A DNA stretch of 64,000 nt from Rhodospirillaceae bacterium (GTDB lineage Bacteria; Pseudomonadota; Alphaproteobacteria; Reyranellales; JAQSWP01): the NCBI GenBank assembly GCA_040255215.1, contig JBDZUM010000003.1:8673-72672 (forward strand), given 5' to 3'. The notes under the pieces were generated by a model. The model made no database searches and was not told where the DNA came from. It saw only the letters and a list, made by a program, of their open reading frames with translations. Position numbers and translations under genes: made by a program. Below are positions 33,717 to 44,205 of the stretch, piece by piece (position 1 is the stretch's first letter; each line of letters starts with the position of its first letter).

Positions 33717-35756
33717 ATGACCCCCACCAAGCTGCTCATCGGCCAGATCTTCATCGTCTTCGCGATCGTGATCGCGGGCGTCTGGGCGGCGACGCAATGG
33801 GCGGCCTTCCAACTCGGCTACCAGGTCCAGCTCGGCGAGCCCTTGGCGGTGCTTTTCGGCACTCCGGTCTATCGGCCCTGGAAGCTGTTCGAGTGGTGGT
33901 ATCACTATGAAGCCTACGCCCCGGATGTCTTCAACCGGGCCGGAGTGCTGGCTGGCGCCAGCGGCATCATGGGCTGCGCCGCGGCCATCGTCGGCTCGCT
34001 GTGGCGGGCACGCCAGAACCGGCTGGTCACCACCTACGGTTCCTCGCGTTGGGCGAACAAGCGTGAGATCGAAGGCGCCGGGCTCTTCCGCGCGGCGGGC
34101 GTCTTCCTCGGCCGCCTCGGTGGCCAGTATCTGCGCCACGACGGACCCGAGCACGTCATGGCCTTCGCCCCGACCCGCTCCGGCAAGGGCGTCGGCCTCG
34201 TCATTCCGACCCTGCTGTCATGGACCGGGTCAGCCGTCGTCCACGACATCAAGGGCGAGAACTGGCAACTGACGGCCGGCTGGCGGTCGAAGTTCTCGCA
34301 CTGCCTGCTGTTCAACCCGACCGATCCGCGCTCGGCCCGCTACAACCCGCTCCTGGAGGTGCGGAAGGGACCGGACGAGGTCCGCGACGTCCAGAACATC
34401 GCCGACATCCTGGTCGACCCCGAAGGGGCGCTCGAACGTCGCAGCCATTGGGAGAAGACCAGCCACTCGCTGCTGGTTGGCGCCATCCTGCATGTCCTCT
34501 ATGCGGAGGAAGAGAAGACGCTCGCCCGCGTCGCGACCTTCCTCTCCGATCCGCAGCGGTCTTTCGCCCACACCCTGCGCCGGATGATGGCGACCAATCA
34601 TCTTGGCACGCCGGAGCATCCCCAAGTCCATCCCGTTGTCGCTTCGGCCGCGCGCGAGGTGCTGAACAAGTCGGAGAACGAGCGCTCCGGCGTGCTGTCC
34701 ACCGCCATGTCGTTCCTCGGCCTCTATCGCGATCCGACGGTGGCGGCGACGACAGCGGCCTGCGACTGGCGCATCGTCGACCTGGTCGATGCGGCGCGGC
34801 CGGTCTCGCTCTACCTCGTCATTCCGCCATCGGACATCTCGCGGACCAAGCCGCTGGTGCGTCTGGTCCTCAACCAGATCGGCCGCAGGCTCACCGAGCG
34901 GCTGGAAGGCGATCCGGGCAAGCGCCGGAAGCATCAGCTCCTGATGATGCTCGACGAGTTCCCCGCGCTCGGACGGCTCGACTTCTTCGAGACCGCGCTC
35001 GCCTTCATGGCCGGCTACGGCATCCGCGCCTACCTGATCGCGCAGAGCCTCAACCAGATCTCCAAGGCCTATGGCGAGAACAACGCCATTCTCGACAATT
35101 GCCACGTCCGGATCGCGTTCAGCAGCAACGACGAGCGGACGGCGAAACGCATTTCCGACGCGCTCGGCACGGCGACCGAGCTGCGCGCCCAGCGCAACTA
35201 CGCCGGCCATCGGCTGGCGCCCTGGCTCTCCCACGTCATGGTCAGCCGCCAGGAGACCGCGCGCCCGCTGCTGACACCGGGCGAGGTGATGCAGCTGCCG
35301 GCGGCCGACGAGCTGGTGCTGGTCTCCGGGCTTCCGCCGATCCGCGCCAAGAAGCTGCGCTACTACGAGGATCGGAACTTCACCGCGCGTGTCGCCGGCG
35401 CGCCGCTGCTTTCCGACGGCGCCTATCGGGACAAGCCGGCCCCGCGTCCCGACGATTGGGGCGGACAGGTGCGCGGGCTGCATCTCCGCCTCGTCGCCGC
35501 TGCCGATGAGGCGGCCGGCATCGCGGAAGAAGAGGGCGGCCTGCAGCAGCAGCGCCATCCCGGCCTGCCCGAAGAAGGCGTCGCCAGGCCCACCGCGCCC
35601 GAGCGCGACAATCCGCTCGGCCTCGCCGATGACGAGTCCGATACCGCCGCCGACAAGCGTGCCATGGACCGACTGCGTGGTCTCAACACGGTCGCGCGTG
35701 CCCACGCCATGAACGAAGGCGCGGGTCGCGATGACGACTTGCTGCCGAACTTCTGA
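33717..35756 (+). CDS. traG: Type IV coupling protein TraG (VirD4 family)
   Basis: N-terminal TM segments, Walker A FAPTRSGKGVGLVIPTLL, 679 aa. Confidence 0.9.
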   Translation: MTPTKLLIGQIFIVFAIVIAGVWAATQWAAFQLGYQVQLGEPLAVLFGTPVYRPWKLFEWWYHYEAYAPDVFNRAGVLAGASGIMGCAAAIVGSLWRARQNRLVTTYGSSRWANKREIEGAGLFRAAGVFLGRLGGQYLRHDGPEHVMAFAPTRSGKGVGLVIPTLLSWTGSAVVHDIKGENWQLTAGWRSKFSHCLLFNPTDPRSARYNPLLEVRKGPDEVRDVQNIADILVDPEGALERRSHWEKTSHSLLVGAILHVLYAEEEKTLARVATFLSDPQRSFAHTLRRMMATNHLGTPEHPQVHPVVASAAREVLNKSENERSGVLSTAMSFLGLYRDPTVAATTAACDWRIVDLVDAARPVSLYLVIPPSDISRTKPLVRLVLNQIGRRLTERLEGDPGKRRKHQLLMMLDEFPALGRLDFFETALAFMAGYGIRAYLIAQSLNQISKAYGENNAILDNCHVRIAFSSNDERTAKRISDALGTATELRAQRNYAGHRLAPWLSHVMVSRQETARPLLTPGEVMQLPAADELVLVSGLPPIRAKKLRYYEDRNFTARVAGAPLLSDGAYRDKPAPRPDDWGGQVRGLHLRLVAAADEAAGIAEEEGGLQQQRHPGLPEEGVARPTAPERDNPLGLADDESDTAADKRAMDRLRGLNTVARAHAMNEGAGRDDDLLPNF

Positions 35757-35769
35757 TGGGGGCCATCCG

Positions 35770-36207
35770 ATGAACCGTCCCGCCAGACGCGCCAAGGCCC
35801 GCCACCAGCTCTTCCTCGACGCCGATCTCAGCGAGAAGCTGGAGGCGCTCGCGGCCAAGCCCGGCGCGTCGAAGTCCGCCATCCTGGCCGATGCGGTGGC
35901 GGCGTGGCTCAACCGCCGGGGTGCGCAGGAACTCGACGACCGCTTCGGCCTTCGCCTCAACCGGATGAGCGCACAGCTCAACCGGATCGAGCGCGACCAG
36001 CAGGTCTTGCTGGAAAGCCTAGCGCTGTTCGTCCGCTACCAGCTCACGGTCACCGCGCCGCTCCCTGAAGCCGACCAGGCCGCGCGCGCCGTCGGGCGCG
36101 ACCGCTTCCAGGCCTTCGTCGATCAGGTCGGCCGCCAGCTTGCGGCCGGCGGCCGGACGCTGAGCCGGAACGGAGCCGGTAACGGAGAGGGGGAGGGCGC
36201 GCCATGA
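35770..36207 (+). CDS. Ribbon-helix-helix (CopG-like) protein between traG and trbB
   Basis: RAKARHQLFLDADLSEKLEALAAKPGASKSAILADAVAAWL. Conserved position in Tn4371/ICEMlSymR7A-type trb clusters. Confidence 0.75.
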   Translation: MNRPARRAKARHQLFLDADLSEKLEALAAKPGASKSAILADAVAAWLNRRGAQELDDRFGLRLNRMSAQLNRIERDQQVLLESLALFVRYQLTVTAPLPEADQAARAVGRDRFQAFVDQVGRQLAAGGRTLSRNGAGNGEGEGAP

Positions 36208-37211
36208 GCCTGCCCCATCCCGAGGCCCAGGCCAATCTGCAAGCCCAGGAGCGCCGGCGCGCCATGCTGCGCACCGCCATGGGACCGGCGATCGCCGCCG
36301 CGCTCGCCGACCCCGCCGTCGTCGAGGTGATGGTCAACCCCGACGGCGTGCTGCGGCTCGACCGGCTCGGCGAGGGCCGGATCGATACCGGCGCCCGGCT
36401 GGCGCCGGCTGAGGTCGAGCGGATCATCCGCCTGGTCGCGAGCCACGTCCGCGCTGAGGCCCATGCCGGCAACCCGGTGGTCAGCGCCGAGCTGCCGCCG
36501 CGTGACGACGGCTTGGCGGGCGAACGCTTCGAAGGCTTGCTGCCGCCGGTGGCGACGGCGCCGTGCTTCGCGATCCGCAAGCCGGCGGCGAAGATCTACA
36601 CGCTCGACGACTATGTCGCCGACCGCATCGTCATGCCGGTTCAGGCCGACGCGCTGCGCAAGGCCGTCCGGGACCGGCGCAACCTGCTGATCGCGGGCGG
36701 CACCAGCTCGGGCAAGACGACGCTCGCCAATGCGCTGCTGGCCGAGATCGCCGGGCTCGACGAGCGGGTGATCCTGATTGAGGACACCCGCGAGCTGCAA
36801 TGCGCGGCACCCGATTGTGTGGCGCTGCGCACCCGGCCGGGCGTCGTCTCCATGGCGGATCTGGTCCGTTCCACCCTGCGGCTGCGGCCGGACCGGATCA
36901 TCGTCGGCGAGGTCCGCGGCGCCGAGGCCCTCGACATGCTCAAGGCCTGGAACACCGGTCATCCCGGCGGCATCGCCACCGTCCACGCCAACTCCGCGCG
37001 GTCCGCCCTCTACCGGCTCGAGCAGCTCGTGCAGGAAAGCGTCGTCACCGTCCCCCGGCGGCTGATCGCCGAGGCGATCGACCTCGTCGTCTTCATCCAG
37101 GGCCGCGGCACGGGCCGCCGCATCGAGACGATCGCCGAAGTCGCCGGCCTCGATGCCGACGGCGATTACGCCGTCACCGACCTCGCACCCCATCGGCTTC
37201 ATGCCCTGTGA
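36204..37211 (+). CDS. trbB: TrbB (VirB11-family ATPase)
   Basis: Walker A LIAGGTSSGKTT. RPDRIIVGEVRG and GHPG motifs. Confidence 0.9.
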   Translation: MSLPHPEAQANLQAQERRRAMLRTAMGPAIAAALADPAVVEVMVNPDGVLRLDRLGEGRIDTGARLAPAEVERIIRLVASHVRAEAHAGNPVVSAELPPRDDGLAGERFEGLLPPVATAPCFAIRKPAAKIYTLDDYVADRIVMPVQADALRKAVRDRRNLLIAGGTSSGKTTLANALLAEIAGLDERVILIEDTRELQCAAPDCVALRTRPGVVSMADLVRSTLRLRPDRIIVGEVRGAEALDMLKAWNTGHPGGIATVHANSARSALYRLEQLVQESVVTVPRRLIAEAIDLVVFIQGRGTGRRIETIAEVAGLDADGDYAVTDLAPHRLHAL

Positions 37212-37226
37212 CAAGGAGCGACTACC

Positions 37227-37577
37227 ATGTGTCCGTCCACGTCCCTTCAAGCTCCCCACGCTTCGACAAAGTGTTTCCTGCGGTCGCTTGCCGGCGCCGC
37301 GGCCGTCACACTGCTGCTTTGCGGGACGGCGCACGCCGCCGGTTCGGGCATGCCCTGGGAGCAGCCGCTGGAGCAGGTGCTGCTGTCCGTCCAGGGGCCG
37401 GTCGCCAGGATCGTCGCGGTGATCATCATCATCATCACCGGCCTGACGCTCGCCTTCGGCGAGACCAGCGGCGGCTTCCGGCGGCTGATTCAGATCGTCT
37501 TCGGCCTCACCATCGCGTTCGCGGCCAGCTCGTTCTTCCTCAGCTTCTTCAGCTTCGGCGGCGGAGCGCTGGTCTGA
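37227..37577 (+). CDS. trbC: TrbC (VirB2-like pilin)
   Basis: Signal peptide plus two hydrophobic segments. Position after trbB. Confidence 0.8.
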   Translation: MCPSTSLQAPHASTKCFLRSLAGAAAVTLLLCGTAHAAGSGMPWEQPLEQVLLSVQGPVARIVAVIIIIITGLTLAFGETSGGFRRLIQIVFGLTIAFAASSFFLSFFSFGGGALV

Positions 37578-37849
37578 TGCCGGACGGAGTCCACCATATC
37601 GAGGGGTTCGAGGCGCCGCTGCACCGGGCTCTGACCGAGCCGATCCTGCTCGGCGGCGCGCCGCGCGCCATTGCCATCGTCAACGGCACCGTGGCGGCGG
37701 CCATGGGGCTCGGCCTGCAGCAATGGATCGCCGGCCTAGTGCTGTGGGTCGTCGGTCACACGCTGGCGGTGTTCGCCGCCAAGCGCGATCCCGACTTCGC
37801 CGCCGTGCTCGTCCGCCATCTTCGCCAGAAGGGATGGTGGTCGTGCTGA
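37577..37849 (+). CDS. trbD: TrbD (VirB3-like)
   Basis: MPDGVHHIEGFEAPLHRALTEPILLGGAPR. ATG overlaps the trbC stop. Not resolved in the ORF track because it is hidden inside ORF 36800-37849. Confidence 0.8.
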   Translation: MPDGVHHIEGFEAPLHRALTEPILLGGAPRAIAIVNGTVAAAMGLGLQQWIAGLVLWVVGHTLAVFAAKRDPDFAAVLVRHLRQKGWWSC

Positions 37850-40302
37850 ACCTCGCCGAATACCGCCAGACCGCCGACCGGCTGGCCGATCATCTGCCCT
37901 GGGCGGCGCTGGTGGCGCCCGGGGTCGTCCTCAACAAGGACGGCAGCTTCCAGCGAACCCTGCGCTTCCGTGGTCCCGACCTGGAAAGCGCCACCGAAGC
38001 CGAGCTGGTCGGCGCATGCGCGCGGGCGAACAATGTCCTGCGCCGCTTCGGCTCCGGCTGGGCGCTCTTCTTCGAGGCCGAGCGGGTCGAGGCGCTCGGC
38101 TACCCCGCCGCGCGTTTCCCCGATCCGGCCTCCTGGCTGGTCGACGAGGAACGCCGCGCCGCCTTCGATGGGCGGCGCGGCCAGCACTTCGAGAGCCGCT
38201 ATCACCTGACGCTGCTCCACCTGCCGCCGGCCGACCAGGTCGCCAGGGCCGAGCGCGCGCTGATGGAACGGGACACGCCCGAGACCGGGCGGGACTGGCG
38301 GCAGGAGCTCACGGGCTTCGTCGCCGAGACCGATCGCGTGCTCGATCTCTTGTCCGGCTTCATGCCGGAGGTGCGGGCGCTCGACGATGCCGAGACCCTG
38401 ACCTACCTCCACGGCACCGTTTCCACGCGGCGCCATCCGGTCGCTGTTCCCGAGACCCCGCTCTATCTCGACGCCATCCTGGTCGACACGCCGCTCAGCG
38501 GCGGCATCGAGCCGATGCTGGGCGAGCGGCATCTCCGCACGCTGACCATCCTGGGCTTCCCGAACCTGACACGGCCGGGCCTTCTCGACGCGCTCAACCA
38601 TCAGGACTTCGCCTATCGCTGGGTAACGCGCTTCCTCGCGCTCGACAAGACGGAGGCGGCCAAGGCGCTCACCCGGATCCGGCGCCAGTGGTTCAACAAG
38701 CGCAAGTCGATCGCCGTGCTGCTGCGCGAGGTCATCCACAACGAACCGGTCCAGCTGCTCGACTCCGACGCCGACAACAAGGTGATGGATGCGGATCTGG
38801 CGCTCCAGGCGCTCGGCGGCGACCATGTCGCCTTCGGCTATCTCACCACGGCCATCACGGTTTCGGACACGGATCGGCTTCGTGCGGACGAGAAGGTCCG
38901 CGCGGTCGAGCGGATCGTCAACGGCCTCGGCTTCACCTGCCTGCGTGAAAGCGTCAATGCGGTCGAGGCCTGGCTCGGCAGCTTGCCGGGCCATGTCTAC
39001 GCCAATGTCCGCCAGCCGCTGGTGCATACGCTGAACCTCGCGCATCTGATGCCGCTGTCCTCGGTGTGGGCCGGACCGGCACGGAATGCTCACCTGGACG
39101 GCCCGCCGCTGCTCTACGCCGAGACCAGCGGCTCGACGCCGTTCCGGCTTTCCACCCATGTCGGCGACGTTGGCCACATGCTCATCGTCGGGCCGACCGG
39201 CGCCGGCAAGTCCGTGCTGCTGGCGATGCTGGCACTCCAGTTCCGCCGCTATGCCGGCTCCCAGGTCTATATTTTCGACAAGGGGTATTCCGCGCGCGCC
39301 GCCGTGCTCGCCATGGGCGGCGAGCATCATGCGCTGGGCTCCGACGGTTCGCTCGCCTTCCAGCCGTTGCGGGGCATCGACGATCTGGCCGAGCGAAGCT
39401 GGGCCGCCGAATGGATCGGCGCGCTGCTGGCGCACGAGAAGGTCGTCGTCACCCCGGAGGTGAAGGAGTCCGTCTGGTCGACGTTGACCAGTCTGGCTTC
39501 CGCGCCGGTCGAAGAGCGCACGCTCACCGGCCTCTCGGTGCTGCTGCAATCGAACGCGCTCAAGGCCGCGCTTATGCCCTACACGCTGGACGGCCCGTTC
39601 GGCCGGCTGCTCGACGCCGCCGAGAACCGGCTCGCATTGGCGGACGTGCAGTGCTTCGAGACCGAGGAGCTGATGTCGCAAGCCGGCGTGGTCCTGCCGG
39701 TGCTGACCTATCTCTTCCATCGGCTGGAGGAGCGCTTCGCCAGCCTGTCGGAGACAGGGGAGAAAGGCCGGCCCACGCTGCTGATCCTCGACGAGGCCTG
39801 GGTCTATCTCGACAACCCGGTCTTCGCCGCGCGCATCCGCGAATGGCTGAAGGTGCTGCGCAAGAAGAACGTCAGCGTTGTCTTCGCCACCCAGTCGCTC
39901 GCCGATGTCGCCGGCAGCGCCATCGCGCCGGCCATCGTCGAGAGCTGCCCGCAGCGCATCTTCCTGCCCAACGACCGGGCGATCGAGCCACAGGCGCGGG
40001 CCGCCTATGAGCGCTTCGGCCTCAACGAGCGGCAGGTCGAGCTGATCGCCCGCGCCACCCCGAAGCGCCACTACTACCTGCAATCGCGGCGCGGCAACCG
40101 GCTGTTCGAGCTCGGGCTCGGCCCCATCGCGCTGGCGCTCTGCGGCGCGTCCGACCCGGCCTCCCAGACCCTCATCGACCAGGTCCTCGCCGAGAGGGGA
40201 GCGGAGGGCTTCGCCGCCGCCTTCCTCGATGCGCGCGGCCTCGATTGGGCCGCCGGCCTGCTGACCGACTTCCCCACCCCTGAACAGGAGACATCATCAT
40301 GA
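37834..40302 (+). CDS. trbE: TrbE (VirB4-family ATPase)
   Basis: MVVVLNLAEYR start typical of TrbE. Walker A VGPTGAGKS. LILDEAW (Walker B). Confidence 0.9.
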   Translation: MVVVLNLAEYRQTADRLADHLPWAALVAPGVVLNKDGSFQRTLRFRGPDLESATEAELVGACARANNVLRRFGSGWALFFEAERVEALGYPAARFPDPASWLVDEERRAAFDGRRGQHFESRYHLTLLHLPPADQVARAERALMERDTPETGRDWRQELTGFVAETDRVLDLLSGFMPEVRALDDAETLTYLHGTVSTRRHPVAVPETPLYLDAILVDTPLSGGIEPMLGERHLRTLTILGFPNLTRPGLLDALNHQDFAYRWVTRFLALDKTEAAKALTRIRRQWFNKRKSIAVLLREVIHNEPVQLLDSDADNKVMDADLALQALGGDHVAFGYLTTAITVSDTDRLRADEKVRAVERIVNGLGFTCLRESVNAVEAWLGSLPGHVYANVRQPLVHTLNLAHLMPLSSVWAGPARNAHLDGPPLLYAETSGSTPFRLSTHVGDVGHMLIVGPTGAGKSVLLAMLALQFRRYAGSQVYIFDKGYSARAAVLAMGGEHHALGSDGSLAFQPLRGIDDLAERSWAAEWIGALLAHEKVVVTPEVKESVWSTLTSLASAPVEERTLTGLSVLLQSNALKAALMPYTLDGPFGRLLDAAENRLALADVQCFETEELMSQAGVVLPVLTYLFHRLEERFASLSETGEKGRPTLLILDEAWVYLDNPVFAARIREWLKVLRKKNVSVVFATQSLADVAGSAIAPAIVESCPQRIFLPNDRAIEPQARAAYERFGLNERQVELIARATPKRHYYLQSRRGNRLFELGLGPIALALCGASDPASQTLIDQVLAERGAEGFAAAFLDARGLDWAAGLLTDFPTPEQETSS

Positions 40303-41024
40303 TGCGCAAGACGCTCGCGGCCCTGGCCGTCGCAACCTCGCTCGGTGCCGGCATGGCGGTGGTTCCGGCCGGGCCGGCCGCCGCCATCACCGTGTTCGAC
40401 CCCTCGAACTTTGCCCAGAACATCCTGCAGGCCGCCCGCGCGCTGGAGCAGATCAACAACCAGATCCAATCGCTTCAGAACCAGGCGACCATGCTGCAGA
40501 ACATGGCGAAGAACCTTCAGCGCCTGGACTATTCGTCGCTCGGCCAGATCACCGGGGCGCTTCAGCGCATCGACGGGCTGATGATCCAGGCGCAGGGCAT
40601 CGCCTTCGAGGTCGGCGCCACCGATGCCGCCTTCCGGCAGCAATTCCCCGAACAGTATGACGCCGCGGTGACCACCGATCAGTTCGTGGCCGACGCCAGG
40701 ACCCGCTGGCGCAACTCGATGAGCGCGTACCACCAGACCATGCGGATTCAGGCGCAGGTGGTCGAGAACGTCCAGGCCGATGGCGCCACCTTGTCGGAAC
40801 TGGTGACGGCCTCGCAGGGCGCGGTGGGGAGCCTGCAGGCGCAGCAGGCGACCAACCAGCTGCTCGCCCTTTCCACCAAGCAGCAGCTCCAGATCCAGAA
40901 CCTGATGGCGGCGCAGTACCGCTCGGAAGCGCTGGACCAGGCGCGCAAGGCCCAGGCGGAGGAAGCCGCCCGCGCGGCGACGGCTCGCTTCCTCGGCTCG
41001 GGGACGGCCTACACGCCGCGCTAG
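40299..41024 (+). CDS. trbJ: TrbJ (VirB5-like)
   Basis: Signal peptide, Q-rich coiled-coil region, ATGATG overlap with trbE. Confidence 0.85.
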   Translation: MMRKTLAALAVATSLGAGMAVVPAGPAAAITVFDPSNFAQNILQAARALEQINNQIQSLQNQATMLQNMAKNLQRLDYSSLGQITGALQRIDGLMIQAQGIAFEVGATDAAFRQQFPEQYDAAVTTDQFVADARTRWRNSMSAYHQTMRIQAQVVENVQADGATLSELVTASQGAVGSLQAQQATNQLLALSTKQQLQIQNLMAAQYRSEALDQARKAQAEEAARAATARFLGSGTAYTPR

Positions 41025-41051
41025 CGGCGGGAGGGCAGGGAGCTTCGCGAC

Positions 41052-42413
41052 ATGGGCGACCTCAACGTCATCGACCGCTTCATGGAGACCTTCATCCGCT
41101 ACATCGATAGCGGGTTTGGGCTGCTGACCGGCGACGTCGCCTTCCTGACCACCATCCTCATCGCCATCGACATCACGCTGGCCGGCCTGTTCTGGGCCAT
41201 GGACGGCGAGTCCAACATCTTCGGCCGCCTCATCAAGAAAATCCTCTACGTCGGCGTCTTCGCGCTCATCCTCAATAACTTCTCGATGCTGGCCGACATC
41301 GTCTACCGGTCCTTCGCCGGCCTCGGCCTGCAGGCCACCGCCAACAGCCTGACCGCGGCGGATCTGCTCAAGCCTGGCCGGCTCGCGGGAACCGGGTTTG
41401 AGGCCGCATGGCCGCTGCTCCACCAGGTCGGCGAGCTGATGGGCTTCACCAGCTTCTTCGACAACTTCCTGACCATCATCGTGCTGTTGATCTCCTGGGC
41501 AATCGTGGTCCTGGCGTTCTTCATCCTGGCGGTGCAGCTCTTCATCACCATCCTGGAATTCAAGCTGACGACGCTGGCCGGTTTCGTGCTGGTGCCCTTC
41601 GCGCTCTGGAACAAGACCTCGTTCCTCGCCGAACGCGTGCTGGGCAATGTCGTCTCGTCCGGCATCAAGGTGATGGTGCTGGCGGTCATCGTTGGCATCG
41701 GCTCGAGCTTCTTCGGCGAGTTCATCACCGCGCTGCAAGGACAGGAGCCGAACATCGGCCAGGCCATGTCGCTGGTGCTGGCCGCGCTCTCGCTGTTCGG
41801 TCTCGGCATCTTCGGTCCGGGCATTGCTTCCGGCCTCGTCTCCGGGGCGCCCCAGCTCGGCGCTGGTGCCGCGATCGGTACCGCTGGCGCACTCGCCGGC
41901 GCCGCGATGCTGACCGGTGGCGCCGCCATCGCCGGCATGCGCGGCCTCGGTGCGGCCGGATCGGGCGGCATGGCCGCGATCCGCGCCGGCACGTCGGTCG
42001 GCGCCGCGGCATCCACCGCTTATGGACTCGGTCAAGCGACGTCCGGCGCAACCGGCATGGCCGGCGTGGCTGCCGGACTGGGCGGAGTGGCGCGCGCGGG
42101 CGGCGGCGCCGTCGCGCAAGGCGTTCGCGCCATGGCGAGCCGCGCCGGCGAACCCCTGAAGGAGAGCGCGCAAGCAGGCCGCAGCGCCGCATGGCGCGCC
42201 ACCGGCGGCTCCGCCCCGGGCGGAGCCAGTTCTGCTTTAGCGGCGTCGGCGCGTGCCGCTCCCGTATCGCCATCCGGCGGCGCCGCGCCCGAATGGGCCA
42301 GGCGCCTGCGCGCCGAGCAGGCGGCGCGCGCCCACCGCCAGGCCACGACGCAGGCGATCAGGGACGGCGACCGTCCCGGCGGCGCGGCCAACCCGGACCT
42401 CAAGGAGGACTGA
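41052..42413 (+). CDS. trbL: TrbL (VirB6-like)
   Basis: Multiple TM segments, Gly/Ala-rich C-terminal tail. Confidence 0.85.
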   Translation: MGDLNVIDRFMETFIRYIDSGFGLLTGDVAFLTTILIAIDITLAGLFWAMDGESNIFGRLIKKILYVGVFALILNNFSMLADIVYRSFAGLGLQATANSLTAADLLKPGRLAGTGFEAAWPLLHQVGELMGFTSFFDNFLTIIVLLISWAIVVLAFFILAVQLFITILEFKLTTLAGFVLVPFALWNKTSFLAERVLGNVVSSGIKVMVLAVIVGIGSSFFGEFITALQGQEPNIGQAMSLVLAALSLFGLGIFGPGIASGLVSGAPQLGAGAAIGTAGALAGAAMLTGGAAIAGMRGLGAAGSGGMAAIRAGTSVGAAASTAYGLGQATSGATGMAGVAAGLGGVARAGGGAVAQGVRAMASRAGEPLKESAQAGRSAAWRATGGSAPGGASSALAASARAAPVSPSGGAAPEWARRLRAEQAARAHRQATTQAIRDGDRPGGAANPDLKED

Positions 42414-42419
42414 TCCGCG

Positions 42420-43136
42420 ATGAAGTTCAAACGCACTCTCCAGCGCTACGGCCAGACGCCCGAGCCGGTGACGCCCTACCAGAAGGCGGCTCAAGCCTGG
42501 GACGAACGCATCGGCTCGGCGCGCGTCCAGTCCAGGAACTGGCGCCTCATGGCCTTCGGCAGCCTCGCGCTCAGCATGGGGCTCGCCGTTGGCATGGCCT
42601 GGCAGTCGATGCAGAGCCGCGTCACGCCCTATGTGGTCGAGGTCGACCGCCTGGGCGAGGTCCGCGCCGTCGCGCCGGCGATCGAGACCTATCAGCCGAC
42701 CGACGCGCAGATCGCGTGGCATTTGGGCCGGTTCATCGCAAGCGTGCGCGGGGTATCGGTCGATCCGGTGCTGGTGCGCCGGAACTGGCTCGACGCGTAC
42801 GACTTCGCCACCGACCGGGCGGCGGTCTTCCTCAACGACTACGCGCGCACCACCGACCCGTTCGCCGCCATCGGCACGCGCAGCGTCTCGGTCCAGGTGA
42901 CGAGCGTGGTGCGCGCCTCGGACTCGTCGTTTCAGGTGAAGTGGACCGAGCAGGTCTACGAGCGCGGCAGCCTCGCCCGCACCGAGCGCTGGACCGCCAT
43001 CCTCACGACCGTCATCCAGCCGCCGCGCAGCGCCGAGGTGCTTCGCAAAAACCCGCTCGGCCTCTACGTCAACGCCATCGCCTGGTCGCGCGAACTCGAT
43101 CCCGCGACCGCGCCCGAAGGGAGGATCCCCCAATGA
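42420..43136 (+). CDS. trbF: TrbF (VirB8-like)
   Basis: YQKAAQAWDERIGSARVQSRNWRLMAF, one TM segment. Confidence 0.85.
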   Translation: MKFKRTLQRYGQTPEPVTPYQKAAQAWDERIGSARVQSRNWRLMAFGSLALSMGLAVGMAWQSMQSRVTPYVVEVDRLGEVRAVAPAIETYQPTDAQIAWHLGRFIASVRGVSVDPVLVRRNWLDAYDFATDRAAVFLNDYARTTDPFAAIGTRSVSVQVTSVVRASDSSFQVKWTEQVYERGSLARTERWTAILTTVIQPPRSAEVLRKNPLGLYVNAIAWSRELDPATAPEGRIPQ

Positions 43137-44194
43137 CCCGCTCTTTATCGATCGGCGCAATCCCGATCCCTGTCGATCCGATCCGCGCCATCCTGATCGC
43201 CTCCGTGTCGTCCCTGGCGCTGGCCGCCTGCGCCGGCCGGACGCCGCCGCCGTCCATCGCCTACGACAGTGCGGAATTCCAGGCGGCGGTGATCGAGACG
43301 GAGCCGCCCAGGCCGGTCAAGGTCGTGACCATCGCCGAGCCCTTGCCGCTGCCCGGGCAGCTCCTGCCGCCGCCATCGACCCGACGCCGGGCCGACAACC
43401 GGCCGCCGACCGAGCAGGTCGACGCCGCCAACAAGGCGGCGCTCCAGGAGCCCAGCACCCACGGCTATATCAATGCCGTCCAGGTCTATCCCTATACGCA
43501 AGGCGCGCTCTACCGCCTCTACGCCGCGCCCGAGCGGGTCAGCGACATCGCGCTTCAGCCGGGCGAGACCCTGACCGCCGTCTCCGCCGGCGACACGGTG
43601 CGCTGGGTGATCGGCGACACCACCAGCGGCTCGGGGGAGACACGCCGCGTCCATGTGCTGGTCAAGCCCTTCGCGCCGGGTCTTACCACCAACCTCGTCA
43701 TCGCCACCGATCGGCGCACCTACCATCTCCAGCTCGAGAGCACCGACGACACCGCGATGGCGGCGATCTCCTGGACCTATCCGCGGGACCAGCTTCTGGC
43801 GCTGCAGCGGCGGAACGAGACCGCCGATGCCGCCACGCCGATTGCCAGCGGCGTCACCCTGGAGAACCTGCGGTTCCGTTACGCCATCTCCGGCGACAGC
43901 CCGCCCTGGCGGCCGGTGCGCGCCTTCGACGACGGCTCCAAGGTCTTTATCGAGTTCCCCGGACGGATCGACCAGGGCGAGGCGCCGCCGCTCTTCGTGG
44001 TCGGTCCCGCAGGCGACAACCAGCTCGTCAACTACCGGGTCCGGCGCAACTACTACATCGTCGACCGCCTGTTCGCCGCCGCCGAGCTGCGCCTGGGGGC
44101 AGATCCGCAGCAGGTCGTCCGCATCAGCCGTACCGACAGCGTTTCCGGCGCCGTCGCGTCCGGCGCCGGACCGCGACCGCGGCCGGACCGCTAG
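43133..44194 (+). CDS. trbG: TrbG (VirB9-like)
   Basis: ATGA overlap with trbF. Lipobox LALAAC. VirB9-like C-terminal region. Only this 3' part of ORF 41408-44194 is real. Confidence 0.85.
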   Translation: MTRSLSIGAIPIPVDPIRAILIASVSSLALAACAGRTPPPSIAYDSAEFQAAVIETEPPRPVKVVTIAEPLPLPGQLLPPPSTRRRADNRPPTEQVDAANKAALQEPSTHGYINAVQVYPYTQGALYRLYAAPERVSDIALQPGETLTAVSAGDTVRWVIGDTTSGSGETRRVHVLVKPFAPGLTTNLVIATDRRTYHLQLESTDDTAMAAISWTYPRDQLLALQRRNETADAATPIASGVTLENLRFRYAISGDSPPWRPVRAFDDGSKVFIEFPGRIDQGEAPPLFVVGPAGDNQLVNYRVRRNYYIVDRLFAAAELRLGADPQQVVRISRTDSVSGAVASGAGPRPRPDR

Positions 44195-44205
44195 GGGAGG
44201 GCGAC

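Noticed and set aside
33689-33910. 73-aa ORF overlapping the traG start
   Set aside because: It is out of frame with traG, lies across the traG 5' hairpin, and shows no coding signal.
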